Positions 9,093 through 18,872 of a stretch of 64,000 bases of DNA are shown one piece after another. The stretch covers positions 320,001 through 384,000 of the forward strand of contig CAXXJJ010000004.1 of assembly GCA_963667015.2 (NCBI GenBank), in the 5' to 3' direction. Under the pieces are notes generated by a model that saw only the letters and a program-made list of their open reading frames with translations, was not told the origin of the DNA and ran no database searches. The position numbers were made by a program, and so were the translations under genes. The stretch comes from Desulfatiglandales bacterium (lineage in GTDB: Bacteria; Desulfobacterota; DSM-4660; Desulfatiglandales; HGW-15). Within the stretch, counting starts at the first letter, position 1. Every line of letters begins with the position of its first letter.

Positions 9093-10202
9093 CTATCCTG
9101 TAATCTCTCTCGGAGGCCTTTGAACAAGGTTATCACCTTCCTTAAGCCCGGATGTTACTTCAATATTTAGACCATCTGAAAGACCGACCTGCACAGCCAC
9201 TTTTTTGGGCTCTGCATCAGGTGTAGCACCCGGGATTTCAACAAATGTCTTTGCTCCATCATCTTCAAAGATAACCAGTCGTTCGGGGATAAGGAGTATG
9301 TCTTTCTTTTCACGGATCACAATATCGGCATTGGCTGAATACCCTGCACGGAGCATTACGTCTTTAAAGGAATCCATAATTATCTCAACCTCAAACAGCT
9401 TGGCATTATCTTTTTCAATAGCTTGAGGAGCAATGCGGCTTAATTTTCCGGTTACGGCCTGATCGGGAAGTGCACCTATTTTTAAACGGACAGGCATCTC
9501 TATTGTTAATTTACCAACATCAATTTCGTCCACTGTTCCTTTAAATATAAGGTCACTCATGTCAGCAAGGGTAGCAAGGTCTGTTCCAGCCTGGTAGCTT
9601 GTAAGGGGAACCACAGGGTCCCCAGGGTTTACAAGGCGCTGCAGGAGTATGCCCTCAGCAGGAGCCCTTATTATTGTCTCCATATTTTCACCGCGTCCGC
9701 TGATACGTCCTTCCTGAATAAGCTGCAGACGATCCCTTGCACGGGATAATTCAATCCGCGCCTTATCATAGATCTCTTTTTGTACATCACGGCTGTTAAA
9801 GGATTCTATTCCTTCACTTGCAAGTTCCTGGGAGTGTTCCCAGTCCACCTTAGCGCGGTCAAAGGAAATCTGTGCGGATTTTACCTGGTGCTCTGCTTCA
9901 AGAAGTTCATCAGGAGTAGGGTCCGGGCTTATTTCTATAAGGGGATCACCTGTATTGATCCTGTCTCCTACCTCTGCGGGGCATCTTTTTACAATGCCGG
10001 ATATCTTTGATTTTATATGAAACTTCTGGCGGGGTTCGATCTGGCCGATAGCCACGGCCTTTTCAGTAATGTCGCCTCTTGTTACCTCGATAAGGGTAAA
10101 CCCCCGATCTGCAGGTTTGCGGTTTGTTGCCCATGTATAACCGCCTACCGCAACAGCAGCGATAATTATTAGGAATAGAAAAATCTTCACGAACTTCTTC
10201 AT
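9093..10202 (-). CDS. Efflux membrane fusion protein (MacA/HlyD family)
   Basis: N-terminal TM anchor, lipoyl-like IKSKISGIV..IRAPAEG, GLSDGLNIEVTSGL; ATG 10202 with RBS GGGAGG. Confidence 0.9.
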   Translation of the reverse strand: MKKFVKIFLFLIIIAAVAVGGYTWATNRKPADRGFTLIEVTRGDITEKAVAIGQIEPRQKFHIKSKISGIVKRCPAEVGDRINTGDPLIEISPDPTPDELLEAEHQVKSAQISFDRAKVDWEHSQELASEGIESFNSRDVQKEIYDKARIELSRARDRLQLIQEGRISGRGENMETIIRAPAEGILLQRLVNPGDPVVPLTSYQAGTDLATLADMSDLIFKGTVDEIDVGKLTIEMPVRLKIGALPDQAVTGKLSRIAPQAIEKDNAKLFEVEIIMDSFKDVMLRAGYSANADIVIREKKDILLIPERLVIFEDDGAKTFVEIPGATPDAEPKKVAVQVGLSDGLNIEVTSGLKEGDNLVQRPPREITG

Positions 10203-10272
10203 TTTTACCTCCCTGATCAAAATTGAAGAATTAAATTTTTAAAAATTATCTGTATGAGTAAAAAACACTCAA

Positions 10273-10288
10273 AGCATGAATCATACCA
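10273..10288 (-). promoter_or_regulatory. Sigma-54 (-24/-12) promoter of the ABC efflux operon
   Basis: Minus strand TGGTATGATTCATGCT, GG-N10-GC spacing, about 70 nt upstream of the start. Confidence 0.6.
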
Positions 10289-10474
10289 AAAAGAATTAAA
10301 GATAAAATGCTTTAAAAAACAAAGAGTTATAAATTATAAAAGGTTTTCGCCAGTGGTTTATTATACCTTCCCATAGTTTAATATGCCGATGACTGGTAAA
10401 AATAACCACCTTACTTACATGGTAATAGTAAAGAAACCAACAATGGTTACTGAGTTTTTTAGCGATGGATTTAT

Positions 10475-10523
10475 CTGTTTCCCATGGTCCTCGTGGAAAT
10501 CGCCTCTTTTAAGCCTCCGCGTC
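10475..10523 (-). repeat. Bipartite REP-A copy (left flank of RAYT relic)
   Basis: GTTTCCCATGGTCCTCGTGGAAAT...GCCTCCGCGTC resembles the 5490-5539 copy. Confidence 0.65.
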
Positions 10524-10545
10524 AATAATATTTCGATGGACACAT

Positions 10546-11061
10546 ATGGAAAGGATCAGATAGGAAATATTCAGTCATCATTATTAACCATTTAACAAAG
10601 ATATTTTACTGTCACCCAAACTGCTGAAAAGCAAGGCTGGATTGATTATCCAGTATGGTATCTCAGACTTGGAAAGAAGAATGACCTTTCTAAATGCCAG
10701 GAATTACAGTGGGAAAAAACTACAGGCTGAAGGAGTTTAGGCTATATATTGCCAGGCTTTTATGTTTTTCCTCAGCCTTAGGGCTAGCTGCTTCCAACTG
10801 TTTATATCAGTTGATTATTTTAATTTAAATAGGTATTATCCACTCGCTTCATTGTAAAATTCCTTTTAATTATAATTAGTTATATACAGTCCGCTTTTGG
10901 TGGTATTATTCTATAAGAATTTGGGTTCGAGTTTGCCATGGGGGCAGTTACAGAAGATTAGACAAAAATTAAATATCTATAACAATCCGGCACAATGGCG
11001 TTTATCCAGCGCAGAGAATCATGCAGGATAAACAGGATAAATTGGTATATGTAGAGACTGG
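10546..11061 (+). pseudogene. Decayed REP-associated tyrosine transposase (RAYT, HUH/Y1) relic
   Basis: Manual fragments MERIR*EIF (10546), VCHGGSY (10931), RQKLNIYNNPAQWRLSSAENHAG*TG*IGICRDW (10960-11061) resemble the RAYT pattern MGRSRYKI..WQEGSH..RQKLxYIHxNP..WRYSSAxNYAG (recalled, not searched). Flanked by inverted REP-A copies. Confidence 0.6.
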
Positions 11062-11067
11062 CAAAGA

Positions 11068-11100
11068 GATGCAGAGCGTCTAGGGGACCGCAGGAGCCAG
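11068..11100 (+). repeat. Bipartite REP-A copy, internally deleted (right flank of RAYT relic)
   Basis: GATGCAGAGCGTC followed directly by GGGGACCGCAGGAGCCAG. Confidence 0.6.
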
Positions 11101-11202
11101 TGAAAAGCTTTACAGTGTGTTGAGCTTAAAATGTGTGAAGCTGGACAATGATTTTAATTATTAATTCATCTTGATTTAAAATTGATCCGGAGCTGGTATC
11201 CA

Positions 11203-11850
11203 ATGTCTGATTTAATCCCAAAACATGGCGGTTATAGAAAACTTAAAAGCTTTCAGTTAGCGCAGCTCGTTTATGATGTAACAGTGCGTTTCTGCGATAA
11301 ATATATTGATAAACGCAGCCGTACTCATGACCAGATGGTTCAGGCCGCACGTTCTGGTGTGCAGAATATAGCAGAAGGATCACAGGCTTCGGCAACCTCA
11401 AAGAAAACAGAGTTAAAACTAACACAGGTAGCACGCGCAAGTCTCGAAGAGCTTAAACTGGATTTTGAAGACTTTTTAAGACAGCGTTGTTTTCAGCAGG
11501 GGAATGGTGAAAACCCATTGAGACAGGAGCTTGTTGATAAAAGGTGCCTGACTGCTGATGAAGTGGCAGGCTGGGTATGGGAGGTTTCAAAGAGGCATGG
11601 ACTAAGTGGAAAGTATGGACCTGGTGGACAAATGGTCCAGGATTATCCCGGGGCCACAGTGTCAACAATGTCCACTCTGTCAACAAGAGTATTCCCCGAA
11701 TTTTCGGCAAATGCTGCCCTGGTATTGATCACTGTTGCCTGTTCTCTGCTTGATCGGCAAGTGGAACGGCTTGCTCTTAATTTTGAAAATGAGGGAGGCT
11801 TCACAGAACGGCTATACAGAGTCCGAAGTGAAAAGCGGAGAAAAAGATAA
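11203..11850 (+). CDS. Four-helix-bundle protein with suffix domain (23S-IVS protein-like)
   Basis: HGGYRKLKSFQ..RTHDQMVQAARSGVQNIAEGS..ARASLEELKLDFEDFL..FENEGGFTERLY; ATG 11203 with RBS GGAG. Confidence 0.9.
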   Translation: MSDLIPKHGGYRKLKSFQLAQLVYDVTVRFCDKYIDKRSRTHDQMVQAARSGVQNIAEGSQASATSKKTELKLTQVARASLEELKLDFEDFLRQRCFQQGNGENPLRQELVDKRCLTADEVAGWVWEVSKRHGLSGKYGPGGQMVQDYPGATVSTMSTLSTRVFPEFSANAALVLITVACSLLDRQVERLALNFENEGGFTERLYRVRSEKRRKR

Positions 11851-11898
11851 AGATGTGAAGCTGAATTGATAAACCGGGGTTGGACCAGTTCAAAAAAC

Positions 11899-11946
11899 GA
11901 TGCAGAATCTAAAATCATGCATTTCCATGGGGACAGTGGGAACGTG
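11899..11946 (+). repeat. Degenerate bipartite REP-A copy
   Basis: GATGCAGAATC...ATTTCCATGGGGACAGTGGGAACG. Confidence 0.55.
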
Positions 11947-12104
11947 GAGATCGTGGAAACGAATAATATTCATTGAATTGAATGAATTTAAATTAAATGG
12001 AACCTTTTTATTGTTTTTATCGCTTATAGGAATTAAAGAAAAAAGTATAAAAAATTACCAGCCATTAAATGTATTCCAAAATATCAAAATCCACTGGAGA
12101 ATTC

Positions 12105-15100
12105 ATGATTAAATCTGCCAGGATATTCTTTTTGCTTGTAATGTTATTTGCTCTCACTTCAGAATACATATATTCCATTAATCCGGAAAAAGCGGAAGAG
12201 AGTCCTCAACCTCTCGAAATAATAAATACCACACCGAGAGGAGAAGACGTTCCTGCAGGAAGGCAAATAACATTTCAATTCAACAGGTCGGTTGTACCTG
12301 TGGGACTAATGGATCGTGATGCTTCAGAGATACCAATTGTCATAACTCCGGATGTAAAAGGTCAGTGGCGATGGCTTAATGCTTCAACACTTGCTTTAAT
12401 GCTGGATGATGAGAATACTCTTCTGCCTGCTACACACTACAAAATCTCAGTGAAACCCGGCATAAAAGCAGAGGATGGGTTAACTCTTAAAGAAACTGTA
12501 AATCATACCTTTATCACAGAACGACCGATAGTAACCGGTACAAGATTTAACACATGGGAAGCGCCCGGTATGCCAGTAATCAGGATAATCTTTAATCAGC
12601 CGGTCTCAAAGGGTTCACTTGAAAAGCACCTGGTAATCAGGATTAAAGGAAAAGAGAAAAAAACAATTACCTTTGATATTAAACCTGATTCCGAATATGA
12701 AAAAGAGCTGGAAAGGATGCAAAAATATAATGATGAAGGGTATATTCAGAGCGCATATCCTGAATTTATGAGTCAATATAAAAGAAAGGATAAATTTACT
12801 TTAGTAAAAAATGGAATTGAATACAAAACTTTATGGATAGTTACTCCAAAAGATGAACTTCCTGAAGGAAGCTCGATAGAGTATCACATCAAACCAGGCC
12901 TGGAATCTGTTTACGGGCCTGAGGGCGGAATAGAAAACCGCATGATCGATTCGGTACCTGCTTTCCCTCCTTTTTCTTTTATTGGCATTCAGTGTTACGA
13001 TGATAAGGATAGAAACGTACTAATAACCCAGAATGATGAAGGGTGCTGTTGTAATCCTGGAAAAGCAATAGGCATTGTTTTTTCTTCTCCTGTATTTAAA
13101 AAAGAGGTAATCGAGAATATTTCAGTTGAACCTGCTATTAACTTCGACCTGAACCATTCTCCGGAACAATACAACTATCGTATTGGTACCTTGAAGAAAA
13201 AGGAATTTGAAAAATATATTATACATCTCCAAGGTGACTTTGAACCGAATACACATTATAAGATAGAAAGTAATTCTAATAATATTATTGATGTGTTCGG
13301 GCGTGTTATTGATGAACCCTTTGATATCCATTTTACTACCGGTCACCTGATGCCTGATTATGACTACCGCCCGGTGGTTGTTCTTGAAAAAGATGCAGAT
13401 ACAGAAATGCCTTTTTATACTGTTAATCTTGACAGTGTAACATTTACCTATGACAGACTTACTGCCAATGGTAAAGATACTTCACTAAAAACAGAAGTTA
13501 AAATCCCAAAAAATGAAGATAAAAGAATAGTGGTTCCTGCAAATGTTAGGAAAATGTTGAACGGGCAATCAGGCATTGTTACTGGTCAACTTGATACAAT
13601 ACCTCCATTCAAAAAAAATAATTATTCCCGTCTCGATTATTTTTTTGCACAGGTTACACCTTTTCATATTCATTTTAAGGAAAGCAAGTTCAGCACCATG
13701 GTATGGGTAACGGATATGGCTACCGGAAACCCTGTTTCGGATGTAAAAGTTGAGCTTTATAAGGGTAAAGACGAAACTCCTCCTGATATTAATAACATGA
13801 AGCTGCTTGCTAATGGGATTACAAATGCAGAAGGCATAGCATCATTCCCAATAGGTCTCAAAGAAGTAGAAATGAAAATATACAGCAAAGATGCGTACAG
13901 GCGTTTAGCTGCACGTGTTACTAAAGGTGATGATACTGCATTTATTATTGATGATTATTTTTTCGATGTCGAATCTCAAAAATACAAAACAACAATTCCA
14001 ATATTTTGGGGAACAACAGCACAGGGTGTTTACAGGCCCGGAGATACAGTTCAGTATAAGATTTATGTGCGTGATCAGGATAATACAAAATTTATTCCAG
14101 CTTTAAGTGAAGGTTATGGGGTTATAGTTAAAGATCCGCTGAGAAAAACTGTATTAGAAACAAAAGACCTTGTTTTATCCGAGTTTGGCGCTTTACAGGG
14201 TGAGTTTAAAATTCCGGAAACAGGTACTTCAGGAGAATACAGATTTGAGCTTTCCACTCCATTTTACACGATTCCGATGAGCTTGATGAAAATACTGGTT
14301 TCTGACTATTCATCCGCTCCGTTTGAAGTGACAACAGAAACTGACAAAATGATCTACCATACCGGTGATAATGTGAAAATATCAACCAGTGCAAAGCTTC
14401 ATAATGGAGGAGTATACGAAGGCGCCGGCACAAGAGTTACTGCTATGTTGGATAGGTTTTACGACAGTTATTATTCATTCTTTCCAAAAGATAGTCCGGC
14501 CATGGGATTCAGTTTTGATATGTCTTATAAAATAGAGGCATACGAAACTGAGACATTAGGACAATTCGAAGGAGCACTGGATGAGAATGGCAGCCTTGTC
14601 AATAATTTCAATGTTTCGTCAGATCTTCTTTTTGGTAAACTTATCATGGAAAGTGCGGTCAGGGATGAACGTGGAAAATATGTAACAGAAGTGGCGACAG
14701 CAAAATATTCTTCAAGAGACCGTTTTGTAGGTCTTAAACCCAAAGATGGAGATTCAAGTGGTGGAATTTGTAATAAAGATGAACTTTGCGAAAGTAAAAT
14801 ACTTGTAGTAAATGCAACAGGTAAACCGACAACTGACATCACGGTCTCTATTAATGTGGAACATAGTGAAATAATATATCCTGCCCCCAGCCCGGGAGTT
14901 AATTTAGCGCATAGCAGTGAATTGGAAAAATGGAAAGGTGTTGAAGCACATACGGTTAAGTCCGATAATAAACCTTTGGAGTATTCATTTATTCCAAAGA
15001 AAGCAGGGCGGTATAGAGTAACAGCTTCTATAAAGGATTCAAAGGGAAGAGAACACAAATCAGGTTTACCCATATATGTATATGACTATAAATCAGTTTT

Positions 15101-18017
15101 ATGGACTGAGAATAAAGAGACTCAACTCGAAATTGTACCGGAAAAGACGAACTATAACGTAGGTGATACTGCCAGGTACACAATTAAAAACCCTTTTCCC
15201 GGAGCAAAGGCCCTCATCTCTATTGAACGAAACGGAATAATAAAACACTGGGTTCAAGCTCTTGATACAGCCATACCTGTTATCGATGTAAAAATTGAAA
15301 AGGATTATTTCCCGGAATATTATCTATCTGTAGTAGTGATGTCTCCAGATGCTGAAGAGTCTTCTAATGATAAAAACAATAAATCCGGTAAACCTGTTTT
15401 TAAAATGGGTTATGTAAAGACAACCCTGGATGAACCATATAAGGAACTCATTGTCGAAGCAAAACCTTTTAAAGAAACATACAAACCCGGAGAAAAGGTA
15501 AAGGTTGGTTTATATGTTGATCAAAGAAACCCAAAAAGCAATGACCCTGTTGAGCTTGCTGTAGTTGTTTTAAATGAAGATGTTTTTCAGCTTTTAAAGG
15601 AAGGCAAGGATTATTTTGATCCCTATAAAGGGTTCTATTCCGATTTTGGCCTTGGTGTAAAAAATTACAATTTACTTAAGGCTTATCTTGGTCTGGAGAA
15701 TTTTGAGGCGTCTGTTACACAGGGAGATAGGCCATACGAAGTATCTGACAGTCTTGGGATCGCTATCGCAGGGGGCTTATCGAGTATTAGTGAAAACGAG
15801 CCTGAAGTGCGCTCTAATTTTAAACCTGTTGCCTATTGGAACCCATCGATTTTTATCGATAGTAAAGGAAAGACAAGTATCGAGTTTGAGGCATCTGACG
15901 ATTTAACCGGATGGCGGATATTTGCCATGGCTGTAACTCCTACTGATCAGATGGGGTTAGGAGAAGGACATTTTAGCGTTACAAAAGATACTGAGATGCG
16001 TCCTGTTATGCCGAATCAGGTTACAGAAGGTGATAGCTTCAATGCGGGTTTCAGCATTATGAACAGGACTGATAAGACCCGTGAACTCACCATGACGATT
16101 ACTGCCGAAGGAGCTATTGAAACTGATTCAGGGCAGGACATTCAGAAGGTCACACAAAGTGTAATAGCAGAACCAAATAAACGTAAAACTGTGTGGCTGC
16201 CTTTAAGGGCAAAAGGTTCCGGAAAGATAAATTTTACAGTAAGAGGAGGAGACTCAACTGATCAGGACGGGTTTGTTTACGAGCTTGAAGTACGTAAAAT
16301 GGTAAATCTTGAAACTGCCGCAACATATGGAACAACTATTGATGGCGCAGTCATTGAACGACTGCATTTCCCTGATGATATAAGAGCAGATGTTGGAGAA
16401 GTAAAAGTATCCCTTACTCCAACTGTCATTGGCCAGGTCGACGGTGCATTTAAATATTTGCGCGATTATCCATATTCCTGCTGGGAACAGATCCTGACCA
16501 AAGGAGTCATGGCAAATCATTATCAGTATCTTAAAAGATATATGCCTGATGAATTTACATGGGAAGGTTCAGAAGGTTTAACTCGAGACGCTCTCGCAAA
16601 GGTTTCCGCACATCAGGCCCCAAATGGCGGAATGGCATATTACACTCCTGAAGATAGCCGTGTAAGTCCATATCTGAGTGCCTATACTGCAATTGCATTT
16701 GGCTGGCTAGAGGATCGTGGGTATAAAATACCTTCTGTGGTGCAGGAGAGGTTGAATGGGTATCTCCTGGATATGCTTAAAAAAGATGAGATTCCTGATT
16801 TCTATTCAACTGGCATGGCATCTACTGTACGGGCAGTTGCTTTAGCTGCACTGGCTAAACAGGGTAAAGTAACTATTGATGATTTGAAATTTTATTATCC
16901 TTATGTAAAGAAGATGGATCTGTTCGGAAAAGCCCATTTTCTTTTGGCTGCTGTTGGAGTAGCGGGATCAGAAGCTATTCAGAAAGAAGTCTTCAATATG
17001 ATCCTTTCGCAAGCTGACCAGACCGGAGGAAAGTTTATATTTAATGAGTCCCTTGATGACAGCTATTCAAGAATTCTAACATCATCTCTCAGAACAAATA
17101 GCGCAATATTAAGCAGCTTCATTGCTTATGGAAAGACAGAAGAAGGAAAAGATCTGGTAGGCGGTATACCGTTCAAGATGGTTCGATATATTACTCAGAC
17201 CCGTAAGCAGAGCGGAAGGTGGGAAAACACACAGGAAAATATCTTCTGTATGAATGCACTTATTGAATACAGTAAAGCCTATGAAAATGTTAAACCTGAT
17301 ATGAAAATTGTAACATTTTTAGACAATAAAATAATTGGCGATGCCATATTTAATGGTGTGCGGGACAATACTGTTGTTCATACAAAGCCTATAGAGAAAA
17401 AAGACCCGGGTCGTAAATCAGAAGTTATTATAGAGAGAAAAGGGAAGGGGAGATTGTATTATAGTGTGGGAATGGATTATGCCCCACTGAAACCAAATAC
17501 TGAACCGATCAACCCAGGGATTGATATTAAGCGGGAATACAGCGTGGAGCGGGACGGGGAATGTGTGTTGTTAAAAAGCCCCATGGAAATTAAAAGAGGA
17601 GAGATTGTGAGAGTTGATCTCTTTGTTTCTTTGCCTTCTGCGAGGAATTTTGTTGTGGTTGATGATCCGGTACCAGGCGGGCTGGAGCCGGTAAACAGTG
17701 ATCTTGCGACTTCTTCCCTGGTGGATGCTGATAAGGGTAAATTAAAACCTGCGAGAGGCTCATGGTGGTTTCATTATGGTGACTGGTCATACTATGGAAT
17801 GTCCAGATGGAGTTTTTATCACAGAGAATTACGGCATCATGCAGCAAGGTTTTACTCAGAATATCTGCCGGCAGGTAATTATCACCTGTCATATACAGCA
17901 CAGGCTATTGCTTCAGGTGAGTTTACTGTAATGCCGACCCATGCGGAGGAAATGTATGATCCTGATGTTTTTGGTAAGTCATCAGATGGTATTCTGAAGG
18001 TTGGGATGGAAGATTAA
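12105..18017 (+). CDS. Bacterial alpha-2-macroglobulin family protein
   Basis: About 1970 aa; GVYRPGDTV (MG2), VAYWNPSI, DDLTGWRIFAMA, thioester YPYSCWEQ, VVVDDPVPGGLEPVN, PTHAEEMYDPDVFG; ATG 12105 with RBS GGAGA. Confidence 0.93.
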   Translation: MIKSARIFFLLVMLFALTSEYIYSINPEKAEESPQPLEIINTTPRGEDVPAGRQITFQFNRSVVPVGLMDRDASEIPIVITPDVKGQWRWLNASTLALMLDDENTLLPATHYKISVKPGIKAEDGLTLKETVNHTFITERPIVTGTRFNTWEAPGMPVIRIIFNQPVSKGSLEKHLVIRIKGKEKKTITFDIKPDSEYEKELERMQKYNDEGYIQSAYPEFMSQYKRKDKFTLVKNGIEYKTLWIVTPKDELPEGSSIEYHIKPGLESVYGPEGGIENRMIDSVPAFPPFSFIGIQCYDDKDRNVLITQNDEGCCCNPGKAIGIVFSSPVFKKEVIENISVEPAINFDLNHSPEQYNYRIGTLKKKEFEKYIIHLQGDFEPNTHYKIESNSNNIIDVFGRVIDEPFDIHFTTGHLMPDYDYRPVVVLEKDADTEMPFYTVNLDSVTFTYDRLTANGKDTSLKTEVKIPKNEDKRIVVPANVRKMLNGQSGIVTGQLDTIPPFKKNNYSRLDYFFAQVTPFHIHFKESKFSTMVWVTDMATGNPVSDVKVELYKGKDETPPDINNMKLLANGITNAEGIASFPIGLKEVEMKIYSKDAYRRLAARVTKGDDTAFIIDDYFFDVESQKYKTTIPIFWGTTAQGVYRPGDTVQYKIYVRDQDNTKFIPALSEGYGVIVKDPLRKTVLETKDLVLSEFGALQGEFKIPETGTSGEYRFELSTPFYTIPMSLMKILVSDYSSAPFEVTTETDKMIYHTGDNVKISTSAKLHNGGVYEGAGTRVTAMLDRFYDSYYSFFPKDSPAMGFSFDMSYKIEAYETETLGQFEGALDENGSLVNNFNVSSDLLFGKLIMESAVRDERGKYVTEVATAKYSSRDRFVGLKPKDGDSSGGICNKDELCESKILVVNATGKPTTDITVSINVEHSEIIYPAPSPGVNLAHSSELEKWKGVEAHTVKSDNKPLEYSFIPKKAGRYRVTASIKDSKGREHKSGLPIYVYDYKSVLWTENKETQLEIVPEKTNYNVGDTARYTIKNPFPGAKALISIERNGIIKHWVQALDTAIPVIDVKIEKDYFPEYYLSVVVMSPDAEESSNDKNNKSGKPVFKMGYVKTTLDEPYKELIVEAKPFKETYKPGEKVKVGLYVDQRNPKSNDPVELAVVVLNEDVFQLLKEGKDYFDPYKGFYSDFGLGVKNYNLLKAYLGLENFEASVTQGDRPYEVSDSLGIAIAGGLSSISENEPEVRSNFKPVAYWNPSIFIDSKGKTSIEFEASDDLTGWRIFAMAVTPTDQMGLGEGHFSVTKDTEMRPVMPNQVTEGDSFNAGFSIMNRTDKTRELTMTITAEGAIETDSGQDIQKVTQSVIAEPNKRKTVWLPLRAKGSGKINFTVRGGDSTDQDGFVYELEVRKMVNLETAATYGTTIDGAVIERLHFPDDIRADVGEVKVSLTPTVIGQVDGAFKYLRDYPYSCWEQILTKGVMANHYQYLKRYMPDEFTWEGSEGLTRDALAKVSAHQAPNGGMAYYTPEDSRVSPYLSAYTAIAFGWLEDRGYKIPSVVQERLNGYLLDMLKKDEIPDFYSTGMASTVRAVALAALAKQGKVTIDDLKFYYPYVKKMDLFGKAHFLLAAVGVAGSEAIQKEVFNMILSQADQTGGKFIFNESLDDSYSRILTSSLRTNSAILSSFIAYGKTEEGKDLVGGIPFKMVRYITQTRKQSGRWENTQENIFCMNALIEYSKAYENVKPDMKIVTFLDNKIIGDAIFNGVRDNTVVHTKPIEKKDPGRKSEVIIERKGKGRLYYSVGMDYAPLKPNTEPINPGIDIKREYSVERDGECVLLKSPMEIKRGEIVRVDLFVSLPSARNFVVVDDPVPGGLEPVNSDLATSSLVDADKGKLKPARGSWWFHYGDWSYYGMSRWSFYHRELRHHAARFYSEYLPAGNYHLSYTAQAIASGEFTVMPTHAEEMYDPDVFGKSSDGILKVGMED

Positions 18018-18092
18018 AAGGTAGAGAATGGACAGAAATCAGAGATCAGAAAAATAAATAACAGGATAGAAAAAACAGAAAATAGGAAAAGC

Positions 18093-18142
18093 GACGCAGA
18101 GCGTCTAAAAACATTCGTTCCCAGGGAGACCGTAGGAACGAG
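18093..18142 (+). repeat. Bipartite REP-A copy
   Basis: GACGCAGAGCGTC-N10-CGTTCCCAGGGAGACCGTAGGAACGAG. Confidence 0.8.
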
Positions 18143-18162
18143 AGAATGGAGAATTATTAATC

Positions 18163-18717
18163 ATGAAAATGAAGGATATTCAAATCAGGGAAACTGAAAA
18201 TAAGGATTTTAACGATATCATGGAGGTCGAAGAGCAGGCATTCGGTTATATTAAAGAGGCCAATTTAACAGCTGATCTGTTAAAGGATAAAACCGCAAGG
18301 CCGATTCTTTCTTTGCTGGCTTTTAATGAAGGTAATGCAATCGGTCATGTTTTATTTACAAGGGTATGCCTGGATGAAAGAAAAGATCAGCCTTTACTTC
18401 ATATTCTTGCACCTCTTGCGATTAAACCGGATTACCAGAAAATGGGAGTCGGCGGTATGCTGATTAGTGAGGGATTAAAGCTGCTGAAAGAGATGGGATC
18501 TGAACTGGTTTTTGTTCTGGGGCATATGGACTATTACCCCAAATTTGGTTTTATCCCTGACGCAGCCAGTCTGGGGTATTCTGCGCCATATCCGATCCCT
18601 GAGAAATTTAGAAATGCATGGATGGTTCAATCTCTTAACCCTGAAGGATTTTCAGGTAGCAAAGGCAAGGTTGTTTGTGCGGATGAGTTGAATAAACCGG
18701 AGCACTGGAGAGAGTAA
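18163..18717 (+). CDS. GNAT N-acetyltransferase (YhbS-like)
   Basis: LAPLAIKPDYQKMGVGGMLI; VFVLGHMDYYPKFGF. Confidence 0.9.
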   Translation: MKMKDIQIRETENKDFNDIMEVEEQAFGYIKEANLTADLLKDKTARPILSLLAFNEGNAIGHVLFTRVCLDERKDQPLLHILAPLAIKPDYQKMGVGGMLISEGLKLLKEMGSELVFVLGHMDYYPKFGFIPDAASLGYSAPYPIPEKFRNAWMVQSLNPEGFSGSKGKVVCADELNKPEHWRE

Positions 18718-18872
18718 TTTTATCGTGCTGATCCGAAAACAGGATTTTCGGATTAACACTTATGAACCTTTCCTGAAAAAGCCAAAAATTTTGATCACAA
18801 TTATAAATCACATTGTAATAAATATTCCTGCCTGATAAAAACATATTCTATTAAAAAAACAGGAGATTTATT

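Noticed and set aside
11203..11850. Four-helix-bundle gene as Avd of a diversity-generating retroelement or a 23S rRNA intervening sequence
   Set aside because: No reverse transcriptase, no TR/VR pair and no rRNA sequence were seen nearby.
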